Assembly: GCA_964621625.1 (NCBI GenBank)
Contig: CAZULV010000001.1
Coordinates: 151,411-183,410, forward strand
Length of the DNA: 32,000 bases
Direction: 5' to 3'
From: an uncultured Muribaculaceae bacterium
GTDB taxonomy: Bacteria > Bacteroidota > Bacteroidia > Bacteroidales > UBA932
In this document: piece by piece, positions 8,935-16,111 of the stretch
Layout: the number at the start of each line of letters is the position of its first letter
Numbering within the stretch: the stretch's first letter is position 1
Translations under genes and position numbers: made by a program
Notes under the pieces: model-generated
The model's database searches: none
What the model was told of the DNA's origin: nothing
What the model saw: the letters and a program-made list of their open reading frames with translations, nothing else

Positions 8935-8944
8935 TATTTGTAGA

Positions 8945-9457
8945 ATGAAATTGGTTCATATTCTGGCAATGGCATTATTGATAGCTGTTGTCTCTTGTGC
9001 AAAACAGGATAGAGAGAATACAATTGTAAATCAGGAAGAGGCAATAGATTCCTATATAGGCTCGCTTGGAGAGCAGACTGTTGTGAGAAATGGCGGAGCT
9101 AACCGTGTTGTAATGAAGCAGGGGAGCGGAAGTGCGGAGGCTGCTATTGGCGATTCTCTATATATAAGGTATGCCGGCTATATTTTCTCTCGCGGAAAAG
9201 GCAAGCTCTTTGTAACAAACGATACAGCGGTTGCCAATCAAAATAATTTTCCTTGCGGTGTTTCGCCTAAAAAGATAAGATTGGGCGATACTCACCTTGT
9301 AAGCGGGCTTGAACATGGTCTTACAGGGGTAAAAGAGGGGGAGCATTGTTATATAATATTCTCGGCAAAATACGGTTATAACAATACAGTCGTTTATAAT
9401 ATACCAAAATTGTCTCCTCTATTTTATGAAGTATGGGTAGACAAGGTATTTAAATAG
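8945..9457 (+). CDS. FKBP-like domain lipoprotein (putative peptidyl-prolyl isomerase)
   Basis: Lipoprotein signal MKLVHILAMALLIAVVSC. The FKBP-like pattern is 'GDSLYIRYAGYIF..GKLFVTN...IRLGDTHLVSGLEHGLTGVKEGEHCYIIFSAKYGY...IPKLSPLFYEVWVDKV'. I prefer ATG 8945 over the ORF-track start 8912, which would overlap nrnA and put 11 residues ahead of the signal peptide. Confidence 0.7.
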   Translation: MKLVHILAMALLIAVVSCAKQDRENTIVNQEEAIDSYIGSLGEQTVVRNGGANRVVMKQGSGSAEAAIGDSLYIRYAGYIFSRGKGKLFVTNDTAVANQNNFPCGVSPKKIRLGDTHLVSGLEHGLTGVKEGEHCYIIFSAKYGYNNTVVYNIPKLSPLFYEVWVDKVFK

Positions 9458-9475
9458 ATTTTTAATAAAAAGTAG

Positions 9476-9483
9476 TATATTTG
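9476..9483 (+). promoter_or_regulatory. -7 box (TATATTTG) directly abutting the next ATG
   Basis: Exact TAnnTTTG whose last G is 6 nt before the ATG at 9490. It overlaps the TTG at 9481 that the ORF track used as a start. Confidence 0.4.
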
Positions 9484-9489
9484 CACCCT

Positions 9490-10548
9490 ATGTCAAAAAA
9501 TCTAAAGCTAATAGTGTTGGCCGCATTATCCGGCATATTCCTTTTGTCTTGTGTAAAAGAGGAAGATGAAAGCAGCGCATCAATCCAAAAAAGAATCCTG
9601 GAAGCGTGGCTCGAAGTCAATTATCCCAATAAAGATTATGAAGTAACCCAATCGGGCCTGGTTATCCTCAGCCATGAGAAAGGAGAGGGTGAATCTCCGG
9701 AAAATTATCAGGCTGCATATATTCATTACAATGTAAAATGGCTCGACGGCAATTACAAGAGCACTACAGATAAGGATATTGCGCAGATGTTGGGTACTTA
9801 TTCAGAGGCAAAATACTATGGACCTGAGTTGGCTGAGATCGGTTACGGCAAGATAACCGAGGGATTGCATGAGGCTTTGTGTATGATGAATAACGGATCT
9901 AAAATGACCATTATAATACCTCCATACCTTTCTGCTAATGATTATACAAATAATTATGGTTATGGATATACCTCAAGTAAAACAGAGACTCAGACTACAA
10001 ACCTTATTTATGAAGTAGAAATGGAGCATGTGATTTCTAATCTCACAAGATTTCAGACAGACTCGCTTGAGGCATTCAAAAATATCTGTTATCCCGGGTT
10101 GGACTCAACAGCCAATGGATTCTATTTTAAAAAACTTTCCGGAACATCAACGGATACAATATCAAGCGGAGACAAGGCTGCCGTATGGTATGTAGGCCGT
10201 CTGCTTGATGGCTATGTATTTGATACAAACATAGAAGATACTGCAAAAAAATACGGACTCTATGATGCCTCTTCTACATATGAGGCATTAACGGTAAGCT
10301 ATAAATCTACCTACAAAGAGATGTCTTCGAGTTCAGATGACAATTCAAACAGCAGCAGTACAGATGGCGATGGGTATGTGCCCGGATTTGCAAAGGCGTT
10401 AAAGAGTATGACCTACGGCGATCATGCAATAACGTTCTTTAGTTCTGATTGGGGTTATGGCTCAACAAGTACAATGAGCAGCGGCTCGGGAGTGCCTGCA
10501 TACTCAATGCTTTACTTTGATATTTATGTAGAGAAATCGGAGAACTGA
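9490..10548 (+). CDS. Two-domain FKBP-type peptidyl-prolyl cis-trans isomerase lipoprotein
   Basis: Lipoprotein signal MSKNLKLIVLAALSGIFLLSC. The C-terminal domain carries the classic 'GDKAAVWYVGRLLDGYVFDTN' plus 'GYVPGFAKALKSM..GD....FSSDWGYG' and 'LYFDIYVEK'. The N-terminal domain is a weaker FKBP-like copy ('ITEGLHEALCMMNNGSKMTIIIPP', 'LIYEVEMEHV'). An S/D-rich linker joins them. Confidence 0.85.
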   Translation: MSKNLKLIVLAALSGIFLLSCVKEEDESSASIQKRILEAWLEVNYPNKDYEVTQSGLVILSHEKGEGESPENYQAAYIHYNVKWLDGNYKSTTDKDIAQMLGTYSEAKYYGPELAEIGYGKITEGLHEALCMMNNGSKMTIIIPPYLSANDYTNNYGYGYTSSKTETQTTNLIYEVEMEHVISNLTRFQTDSLEAFKNICYPGLDSTANGFYFKKLSGTSTDTISSGDKAAVWYVGRLLDGYVFDTNIEDTAKKYGLYDASSTYEALTVSYKSTYKEMSSSSDDNSNSSSTDGDGYVPGFAKALKSMTYGDHAITFFSSDWGYGSTSTMSSGSGVPAYSMLYFDIYVEKSEN

Positions 10549-10613
10549 TAGAGTCAATTACAGACGATACAATCTTATAATTGATATAAAAATAAGGTAA
10601 TGTTGCCAAAAAT

Positions 10614-10647
10614 AAACCGGAGCAGATTTTTATTGCCCCGGTTTTTT
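10614..10647. terminator. Probable bidirectional terminator between convergent genes
   Basis: AAACCGG (10614-10620) pairs with CCGGTTT (10638-10644). After one mismatch the stem extends inward by GCAG/TTGC (the G:T is a G:U wobble in RNA). A T-run follows to 10647 and an A-rich run precedes it. It lies between the FKBP stop (10548) and the CoA-transferase stop (10666). Confidence 0.5.
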
Positions 10648-10665
10648 GTGTATTTGATATATTCC

Positions 10666-11970
10666 TTATCCTATGTAGTGATAATGAGGACCGAATCTTT
10701 CAAATGCAGCTTTGTCAAGCTCCTCTCTTGCACTCGGATGCGCAACGCTTATTACGAGCTTTGCTCTTTCCTGCAATGATTTGCCATACAAATCTACAGC
10801 ACCGTACTCTGTTACAAACCAGTGGATATGGTTTCTGGTAGTAACCACACCTGCTCCAGGTGTAAGGATGTTTGCTATTTTGCTTACTCCTTTATTGGTT
10901 GCAGAAGGCATTGCAATGATTGCTTTTCCACCTTGTGAAAGCGATGCTCCGTAAATGAAGTCGATCTGTCCGCCTACTCCTGAATAGAATTTTGTGCCAA
11001 GTGAGTCTGCGCAAACCTGACCTGTGATATCTACCTGAAGAGCAGAGTTGATAGCTGTAACCTTAGGGTTCTTTGCAATTACAAACGGATCGTTGGTGTA
11101 TCCTACGTCCATCATTGCAACCATAGGGTTGTCGTCTATAAAGTCGTAGCAGGTTTGAGAACCCATAAGGAATGTAGATACCATTTTGCCTTTGTCAATG
11201 GCTTTGTTTGCTCCGTTGATAACGCCTTTCTCAACAAGAGGAAGAACACCGTCTGCAAACATTTCTGTATGTATACCAAGATTCTTGTGGTTTCCGAGCT
11301 GTGCGAGAACTGCATTTGGAATAGCTCCTATACCCATCTGGAGAGTTGCGCCGTCTTCTATAAGGGCTGCACAGTTTTTACCTATGGCAGTCTCTATTTC
11401 AGAAGGTTCTGCAAAGTGTGCAGGCTCAAGAATGCTGTCGTGTTCTACAAAATAATCAATCATGCTCATAGGAATCATGGCATCACCGAAAGAGCGTGGA
11501 ACATTCTTGTTTACTACTGCAATTACCACTCTTGCGCATTCGATAGCCGCCAAAGTTGCATCTACAGATGTTCCGAGAGATACATATCCATGTTTGTCGG
11601 GAGTAGAAACCTGAATCATGGCAACATCGCAAGGAAGCACGCCGCTTCTGTAAAGTTTCTGGGTTTCGCTCAAGAAGATTGGAATATAGTCTGCGTAACC
11701 GGCCTGAACGCTTTTTCTTACGTTTCCGCCAACAAAGAACGCCTGATGGAAAAATACACCCTCGTATTTGGCATCTGTATAAGGAGCTTCGCCCTCAGTA
11801 TGAAGGTGATGTATTCTTACATCTTTAAGCTCTCCTGCATCACCTCTGCGACAAAGCGCATCTATAAGTACTTTTGGTGCGCTGGCAACACTGCTAAAGT
11901 GGATATGGTCTCCGCTTTTTACATATTTCACAGCTTCGTCGGCACTAATGAATTTAATAGTTTTTTGCAT
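10666..11970 (-). CDS. Acetyl-CoA hydrolase/transferase family protein (4-hydroxybutyrate / butyrate CoA-transferase-like)
   Basis: 434-aa ORF. The family hallmarks are 'NCAALIEDGATLQMGIGAIPNAV', 'GIHTEMFADG' (which carries the catalytic Glu) and 'SGVGGQIDF'. The length and the C-terminal '..VTEYG.A.L.GKSL.ERA..LI..AHP..REEL' are typical of Cat2/AbfT-type enzymes. Confidence 0.9.
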   Translation of the reverse strand: MQKTIKFISADEAVKYVKSGDHIHFSSVASAPKVLIDALCRRGDAGELKDVRIHHLHTEGEAPYTDAKYEGVFFHQAFFVGGNVRKSVQAGYADYIPIFLSETQKLYRSGVLPCDVAMIQVSTPDKHGYVSLGTSVDATLAAIECARVVIAVVNKNVPRSFGDAMIPMSMIDYFVEHDSILEPAHFAEPSEIETAIGKNCAALIEDGATLQMGIGAIPNAVLAQLGNHKNLGIHTEMFADGVLPLVEKGVINGANKAIDKGKMVSTFLMGSQTCYDFIDDNPMVAMMDVGYTNDPFVIAKNPKVTAINSALQVDITGQVCADSLGTKFYSGVGGQIDFIYGASLSQGGKAIIAMPSATNKGVSKIANILTPGAGVVTTRNHIHWFVTEYGAVDLYGKSLQERAKLVISVAHPSAREELDKAAFERFGPHYHYIG

Positions 11971-12017
11971 TGTGAATATCGTTTAATTAAGAATAAATCG
12001 ATGGATTAAATAATCAA

Positions 12018-12025
12018 CAAAAGTA
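12018..12025 (-). promoter_or_regulatory. -7 box (TACTTTTG) for the CoA-transferase gene
   Basis: Exact TAnnTTTG on the minus strand about 48 nt upstream of the ATG at 11970. Confidence 0.45.
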
Positions 12026-12058
12026 TAAACTTTAATGTGGATTAGCAAGCATTTTTAA

Positions 12059-12066
12059 TAACTTTG
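12059..12066 (+). promoter_or_regulatory. -7 box (TAACTTTG) for the DUF62 gene
   Basis: Exact TAnnTTTG ending 8 nt before the ATG at 12075. It is the divergent partner of the 12018-12025 box. Confidence 0.45.
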
Positions 12067-12074
12067 CGCACATT

Positions 12075-12974
12075 ATGCAACTGATAACCATAACGAGCGA
12101 TTGGCGTAAAAACGACTTCTATCTGCCGCAACTTAAAGGGTGGCTGTATTCGTTGCATTCGGCATTTTTAACTGCGGCAAATGGTACGGCAAACGGAGAA
12201 AAAAATCTGTTTCCGACACGTTGTGAGGCGTTTTTGGTTACAGATATATCAAATTGCATAAAGCCGTTTGACGTTTCGCAAGCCTGCTTTATTCTCAGGC
12301 ATTCATACAGAAGCTATCCGCAAGGAACAATACATATTGTTGCGGTAAACAGCAGTTATGTTGCAGGTTGCCGTGTTGTTGTGGTAAAGGCAGATGGCCA
12401 CTATTTTATAGGCCCCGATGATGGACGTTTCTCATTATTGTTTGATGATGTGGAAAATGTAGAGGCGTTTGCAATAGATCCCGGCAGTTCTAACTTTTCT
12501 TACTCTTTAACCCGACAGATTTTTGAGAACAGTTCTTCTGTGCTAAAGGAGTTTGTAATGTTCTGTTGCGGTGTGGAGGCAATTATTGGGGGAAACCTCA
12601 TGAAACTTGCTTCATGTACTTTAAAGAGAATTACAGAGGAGCGTGCGGTGCTTATGAAAGACCGTATAATAGGACGGGTGGTTTATATAGATTCGTACGG
12701 GAACGCAATAACCAACATATCAAAAGAGACTTTTCTTAAACCATTTATGTCGGCGGTTGAATCGTGTGGAGAAGAGCCGGAATTTACGGTTTTTGTACAA
12801 GGTCCGTATCTTAAAATTGCCGATATAAACGAACATTATACAGATGTTGCGCAGGGAAATGAAGTTGCATTTTTTAATTCTGCCGGATTGTTGGAACTTG
12901 CAATAAACGGAGGCGATTTTGCTTCGGTAGAGGGAATCGATACAACGGCAGAGGTGGTTATAAAGTTCGGTTGA
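12075..12974 (+). CDS. DUF62 / SAM hydroxide adenosyltransferase (chlorinase-fluorinase fold) family protein, divergent
   Basis: 299-aa ORF. Three family landmarks are present: the N-terminal 'LITITSDW', the central 'GTIHIVAVNS......R.VVV....GHYFIGPDDG', and the C-terminal-domain 'VVYIDSYGNAITNI' with 'NSAGLLELAINGG'. The canonical DPGVG and FHGRD motifs are substituted (see findings). Confidence 0.75.
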   Translation: MQLITITSDWRKNDFYLPQLKGWLYSLHSAFLTAANGTANGEKNLFPTRCEAFLVTDISNCIKPFDVSQACFILRHSYRSYPQGTIHIVAVNSSYVAGCRVVVVKADGHYFIGPDDGRFSLLFDDVENVEAFAIDPGSSNFSYSLTRQIFENSSSVLKEFVMFCCGVEAIIGGNLMKLASCTLKRITEERAVLMKDRIIGRVVYIDSYGNAITNISKETFLKPFMSAVESCGEEPEFTVFVQGPYLKIADINEHYTDVAQGNEVAFFNSAGLLELAINGGDFASVEGIDTTAEVVIKFG

Positions 12975-13062
12975 CGGTATGGCTCCGGTTAGAATAATAT
13001 TCCGTCGGGATAATATTGGGGTTAGAATAGTATATAAGAGACGGTTAGTGAAATAAAGATTA

Positions 13063-13070
13063 TAATTTTG
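13063..13070 (+). promoter_or_regulatory. -7 box (TAATTTTG) for mazG-tcdA
   Basis: Exact TAnnTTTG 24 nt upstream of the ATG at 13095. Confidence 0.45.
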
Positions 13071-13094
13071 AATAAGATATAGATTAATTGATAT

Positions 13095-13946
13095 ATGAAT
13101 ACACTAAAAACAGAAAAAAGAGCAAGACAGATGGAGGCTTTTGCCCGTCTGCTCGACGTAATGGATGAGTTGAGAGAAAAATGTCCTTGGGACAGAGAGC
13201 AAACATTAGAGAGTTTGCGTCCGCTTACCATTGAGGAGACATACGAACTGTCTGATGCAATTATGAATAATGATTTGCATAATGTTTCAAAAGAGTTGGG
13301 CGATTTGCTTTTGCATGTTGTGTTTTATGCAAAGATTGGAGAGGAAAAGGGTGAATTTGATATAGTTGATGTGATTGACAGACTCTGCAGTAAATTGATT
13401 TACAGACATCCTCATGTGTATTCTACAGTAGAAGTGAGCAATGCAGGGCAGGTTGTTCAGAATTGGGAGCAGTTAAAGACAAAGGAAAAAGATGGCAATA
13501 AAACCATTTTGAGCGGTGTTCCGGAGAGTATGCCAAGCATAATAAAAGCATATCGTATGCAGGATAAGGCAAGGGCTGTAGGATTTGATTGGGAAAAGAA
13601 GGAAGACGTTTGGGCAAAAGTGAAAGAGGAGATTGCCGAGCTTGAGGCAGAGTTTGGTAAAATGGAAGAGACTGTTAGAGACAATGCCTCTGATGATGTT
13701 AAAAAGGAGGCTGTGTTAAGAGCTCAGGGAGAGTTGGGAGATTTGTTCTTCTCGTTGGTAAATGCCGCCAGACTTTATAAATTGGAACCGGATACGGCTT
13801 TGGAGACTACAAACAAAAAATTCAGACGCAGATTTACATATTTAGAGAATGAAACCATAAAAAAAGGCCGTTCTCTTAAAGAGATGACTCTTGCCCAAAT
13901 GGATGAAATCTGGAATGAGGCTAAAAAAATGGAGCGGGAGCAGTAG
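13095..13946 (+). CDS. mazG: Nucleoside triphosphate pyrophosphohydrolase MazG
   Basis: 283-aa ORF with the signature 'LREKCPWDREQT..SL...IEETYEL.DAI', then 'ELGDLLLHVVFYA' and 'RHPHVY'. A second MazG repeat reads 'EEIAELE....ELGDLFFSLVNAAR'. Confidence 0.93.
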   Translation: MNTLKTEKRARQMEAFARLLDVMDELREKCPWDREQTLESLRPLTIEETYELSDAIMNNDLHNVSKELGDLLLHVVFYAKIGEEKGEFDIVDVIDRLCSKLIYRHPHVYSTVEVSNAGQVVQNWEQLKTKEKDGNKTILSGVPESMPSIIKAYRMQDKARAVGFDWEKKEDVWAKVKEEIAELEAEFGKMEETVRDNASDDVKKEAVLRAQGELGDLFFSLVNAARLYKLEPDTALETTNKKFRRRFTYLENETIKKGRSLKEMTLAQMDEIWNEAKKMEREQ

Positions 13947-13947
13947 T

Positions 13948-14688
13948 ATGGAACCATGGCAGGAGAGAACCCATATATTGATTGGGGATGAGGGTATTGA
14001 GAAGCTTAAAAATGCAACAGTTGCCGTTATAGGTTTAGGAGGCGTTGGTGCTTATGCGGCAGAGATGCTGTGCAGGGCAGGAGTTGGAAGACTCGTGCTG
14101 CTTGATTCGGATACAGTAAGCCTCTCTAACAAAAACCGACAGCTTATAGCTATGGACTCTACTTTGGGTGAGCAGAAAACAGAGGTTCTTGCCGCCCGGC
14201 TCAGGGATATAAATTCTAAAGTTGAGCTTGATTTGATTCCGGAGTACATAGAGGAGGATAATATCAGTGGTATTCTTGACGGGTATAAAATTGATTTTCT
14301 TGTAGATGCCATAGATACGCTCTCTCCAAAGATTGCGCTTATAAGGTATTGTATGGAGAACAAAATAAAGCATGTCTCATCAATGGGCTCGGGAGCAAAA
14401 TTTGATGTTACGGCAATACGTATAAAGGATTTGTCAAAATCATTCAATTGTCCGCTTGCCTATATGCTCAGAAAAAAATTGAGAAAAGTTGGTATATCCA
14501 AGGGCTTTAAGGTTGTATTCTCAGAAGAACTGCCCGATAAAAATGCTATTATACCAATGGAAGACCGCAATAAGAAGAGTCAGGTTGGTACAATTTCATA
14601 TTTGCCGGCGGTATTCGGATGCGCATGTGCGCAATGTGCTATAGAGTATTTGTTAAAGAGAACAGAGACAAATTTAGAAACAGAATAG
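13948..14688 (+). CDS. tcdA: tRNA threonylcarbamoyladenosine dehydratase (TcdA/CsdL, ThiF/E1-like)
   Basis: Rossmann motif 'VAVIGLGGVGAYAAEMLCRAGVGRLVLLDSDTVSLSNKNRQ', 'VDAIDT' and 'SSMGSG'. I prefer ATG 13948, 1 nt after the mazG stop codon (13944-13946), over the ORF-track start 13891, which lies inside mazG. Confidence 0.88.
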   Translation: MEPWQERTHILIGDEGIEKLKNATVAVIGLGGVGAYAAEMLCRAGVGRLVLLDSDTVSLSNKNRQLIAMDSTLGEQKTEVLAARLRDINSKVELDLIPEYIEEDNISGILDGYKIDFLVDAIDTLSPKIALIRYCMENKIKHVSSMGSGAKFDVTAIRIKDLSKSFNCPLAYMLRKKLRKVGISKGFKVVFSEELPDKNAIIPMEDRNKKSQVGTISYLPAVFGCACAQCAIEYLLKRTETNLETE

Positions 14689-14790
14689 AGTGAGAATTAT
14701 ACAGAGTGGCTTGGGATTTATTCTTTATTGCGGAGCAAGGTATGAACTCAAATAAACAGAGAGAAAAGAATTTTTTAGGGAGATAATATT

Positions 14791-14798
14791 TACCTTTG
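14791..14798 (+). promoter_or_regulatory. -7 box (TACCTTTG) for the 14863 gene
   Basis: Exact TAnnTTTG 64 nt upstream of the ATG at 14863. Confidence 0.4.
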
Positions 14799-14862
14799 CA
14801 AATTTGCCGGGCAAGTGTTGTTGGATAGTATAATTTTATCATTGGATTAATTATAGAATTTC

Positions 14863-15984
14863 ATGCAGATTGTAGTTAAAGAGGTTACAACATCAAAAGA
14901 ATTTAAGGATTTCTATCAGTTTCAGAATAAGCTGTATAAGGAGTGTGAAAATTATGTTCCCACATTGGACGCAGACCAGAAGAGTACGCTAAAAAGCGAC
15001 CCTGCATTGGATTACTGTGTTAGAAAGATGTGGCTGGCATATAAAGATAACAAGGTAGTTGGCAGGATACAGGCTATTGTAAACCCAAGATATAATGAGT
15101 TTTATCATACCAAAAGGGGACGCTTTGGCTGGTACGATTTTATAAATGATATAGAGGTGGCAAAGGCTCTTATGGATACGGCTTCTGCATGGCTCAAATC
15201 CCAGGGAATGGAGGTTGTTCACGGGCCGTTGGCTTATAATACTTTGGGCCGTCAGGGAATGCTTATTTCTGGTTTTGAAAATACACCCCCTGCAAACTGC
15301 CTGTACAATTATCCGTATTATCCAAAATTTATGGAGAAAATGGGATTTGAGAAGGAGTGTGACTGGATACAGTACAAATTGAATGCCTCTCAAACAACAC
15401 CTGAGAAACTTACACGTTTGTCGTCTGTGCTTATGCAGCGTTATAACCTTCATCTGCTTGATATTACAAAAATAGAGAAAAGCGAGCGAGACAGGCTTAT
15501 TGAAAAGTTCTTTAAGATTTATAACGAGTGCTTTAAAGCTGTGCATAATTTTATTCCGCTAACAGATAAGGAGATAGAGAAAACCGGCAGTGCATATTTT
15601 AAGTTGCTTAAACCGGAACTTACCTGCCTTGTAATGGATGAAAATAACGAGGTTGCGGCATTTGGTCTCTGCTTCCCGAGTCTGTCGGAAGCACTAAAAA
15701 GGGCAAAAGGAAAATTGTTCCCGTTAGGGTGGTACCATATACTCAAAGGTTATAGAAAATATGATACAATAGACCTTATGATGGTGGGCTCTTCTCCTGC
15801 ATGGGCTTTAAAGGGACTCTCTGCAATATATCATGCGCATCTTTCAGGCAGTTTTATAAAGAACAATATAACCTATGCAATTACAAATCCGCAGATAGAT
15901 ACCAATACTGCAGCAATTAAGGTGTGGGAGAGTTACGACCATGAGGAGTTCATGCGTCGCAGATGCTGGTGCAAACAGCTGTAG
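14863..15984 (+). CDS. GNAT-like (tandem acyltransferase-fold) protein of unknown function
   Basis: 373-aa ORF. 'FKDFYQF.NKLYKE..NYVP', 'VGRIQAIVN......GRFGWYDFINDIEVAKALMDTASAWLKSQG...VHGPL' and a C-terminal '..VAAFGLCFP......LMMVGSSP.WALKGLSA' fit a widespread ~380-aa family usually annotated only as an N-acetyltransferase. The family call is from memory. Confidence 0.6.
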   Translation: MQIVVKEVTTSKEFKDFYQFQNKLYKECENYVPTLDADQKSTLKSDPALDYCVRKMWLAYKDNKVVGRIQAIVNPRYNEFYHTKRGRFGWYDFINDIEVAKALMDTASAWLKSQGMEVVHGPLAYNTLGRQGMLISGFENTPPANCLYNYPYYPKFMEKMGFEKECDWIQYKLNASQTTPEKLTRLSSVLMQRYNLHLLDITKIEKSERDRLIEKFFKIYNECFKAVHNFIPLTDKEIEKTGSAYFKLLKPELTCLVMDENNEVAAFGLCFPSLSEALKRAKGKLFPLGWYHILKGYRKYDTIDLMMVGSSPAWALKGLSAIYHAHLSGSFIKNNITYAITNPQIDTNTAAIKVWESYDHEEFMRRRCWCKQL

Positions 15985-16111
15985 TTTATTTGCCGAGCAT
16001 ACCTGCTTTTTAGCGAGCAGCTTAGATATAAGATTTTTTGGCAACATTACCGATTTTTTTATTAGCTTTACAAAAGCTGATAGAGTCTATTCCAACTAAA
16101 AAATAACCGCC

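Noticed and set aside
8912-8944. N-terminal extensions from the ORF-track starts (8912, 9481 TTG, 13891, 18443 TTG)
   Set aside because: Each extension either overlaps the upstream gene, precedes an obvious signal peptide or a conserved N-terminus, or coincides with a -7 promoter box. I preferred the downstream ATGs at 8945, 9490, 13948 and 18488.
10321-10374. Ser/Asp/Asn-rich stretch (SSSSDDNSNSSSTDGDG) that looks repeat-like at the DNA level
   Set aside because: It sits in frame inside the C-terminal FKBP-type domain of the lipoprotein, between its N- and C-terminal core motifs, and is consistent with a flexible low-complexity loop insertion. It is not a tandem DNA repeat or a contingency locus; no homopolymer or exact unit repeat is present.
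11155-12009. 284-aa plus-strand ORF (and the 89-aa ORF at 11186-11455)
   Set aside because: It is entirely antisense to the CoA-transferase gene, whose product carries unmistakable family motifs. The antisense translation is Cys/Tyr/Phe/Asn-rich with no motif, which is typical of a shadow ORF in a codon-biased, AT-rich genome.
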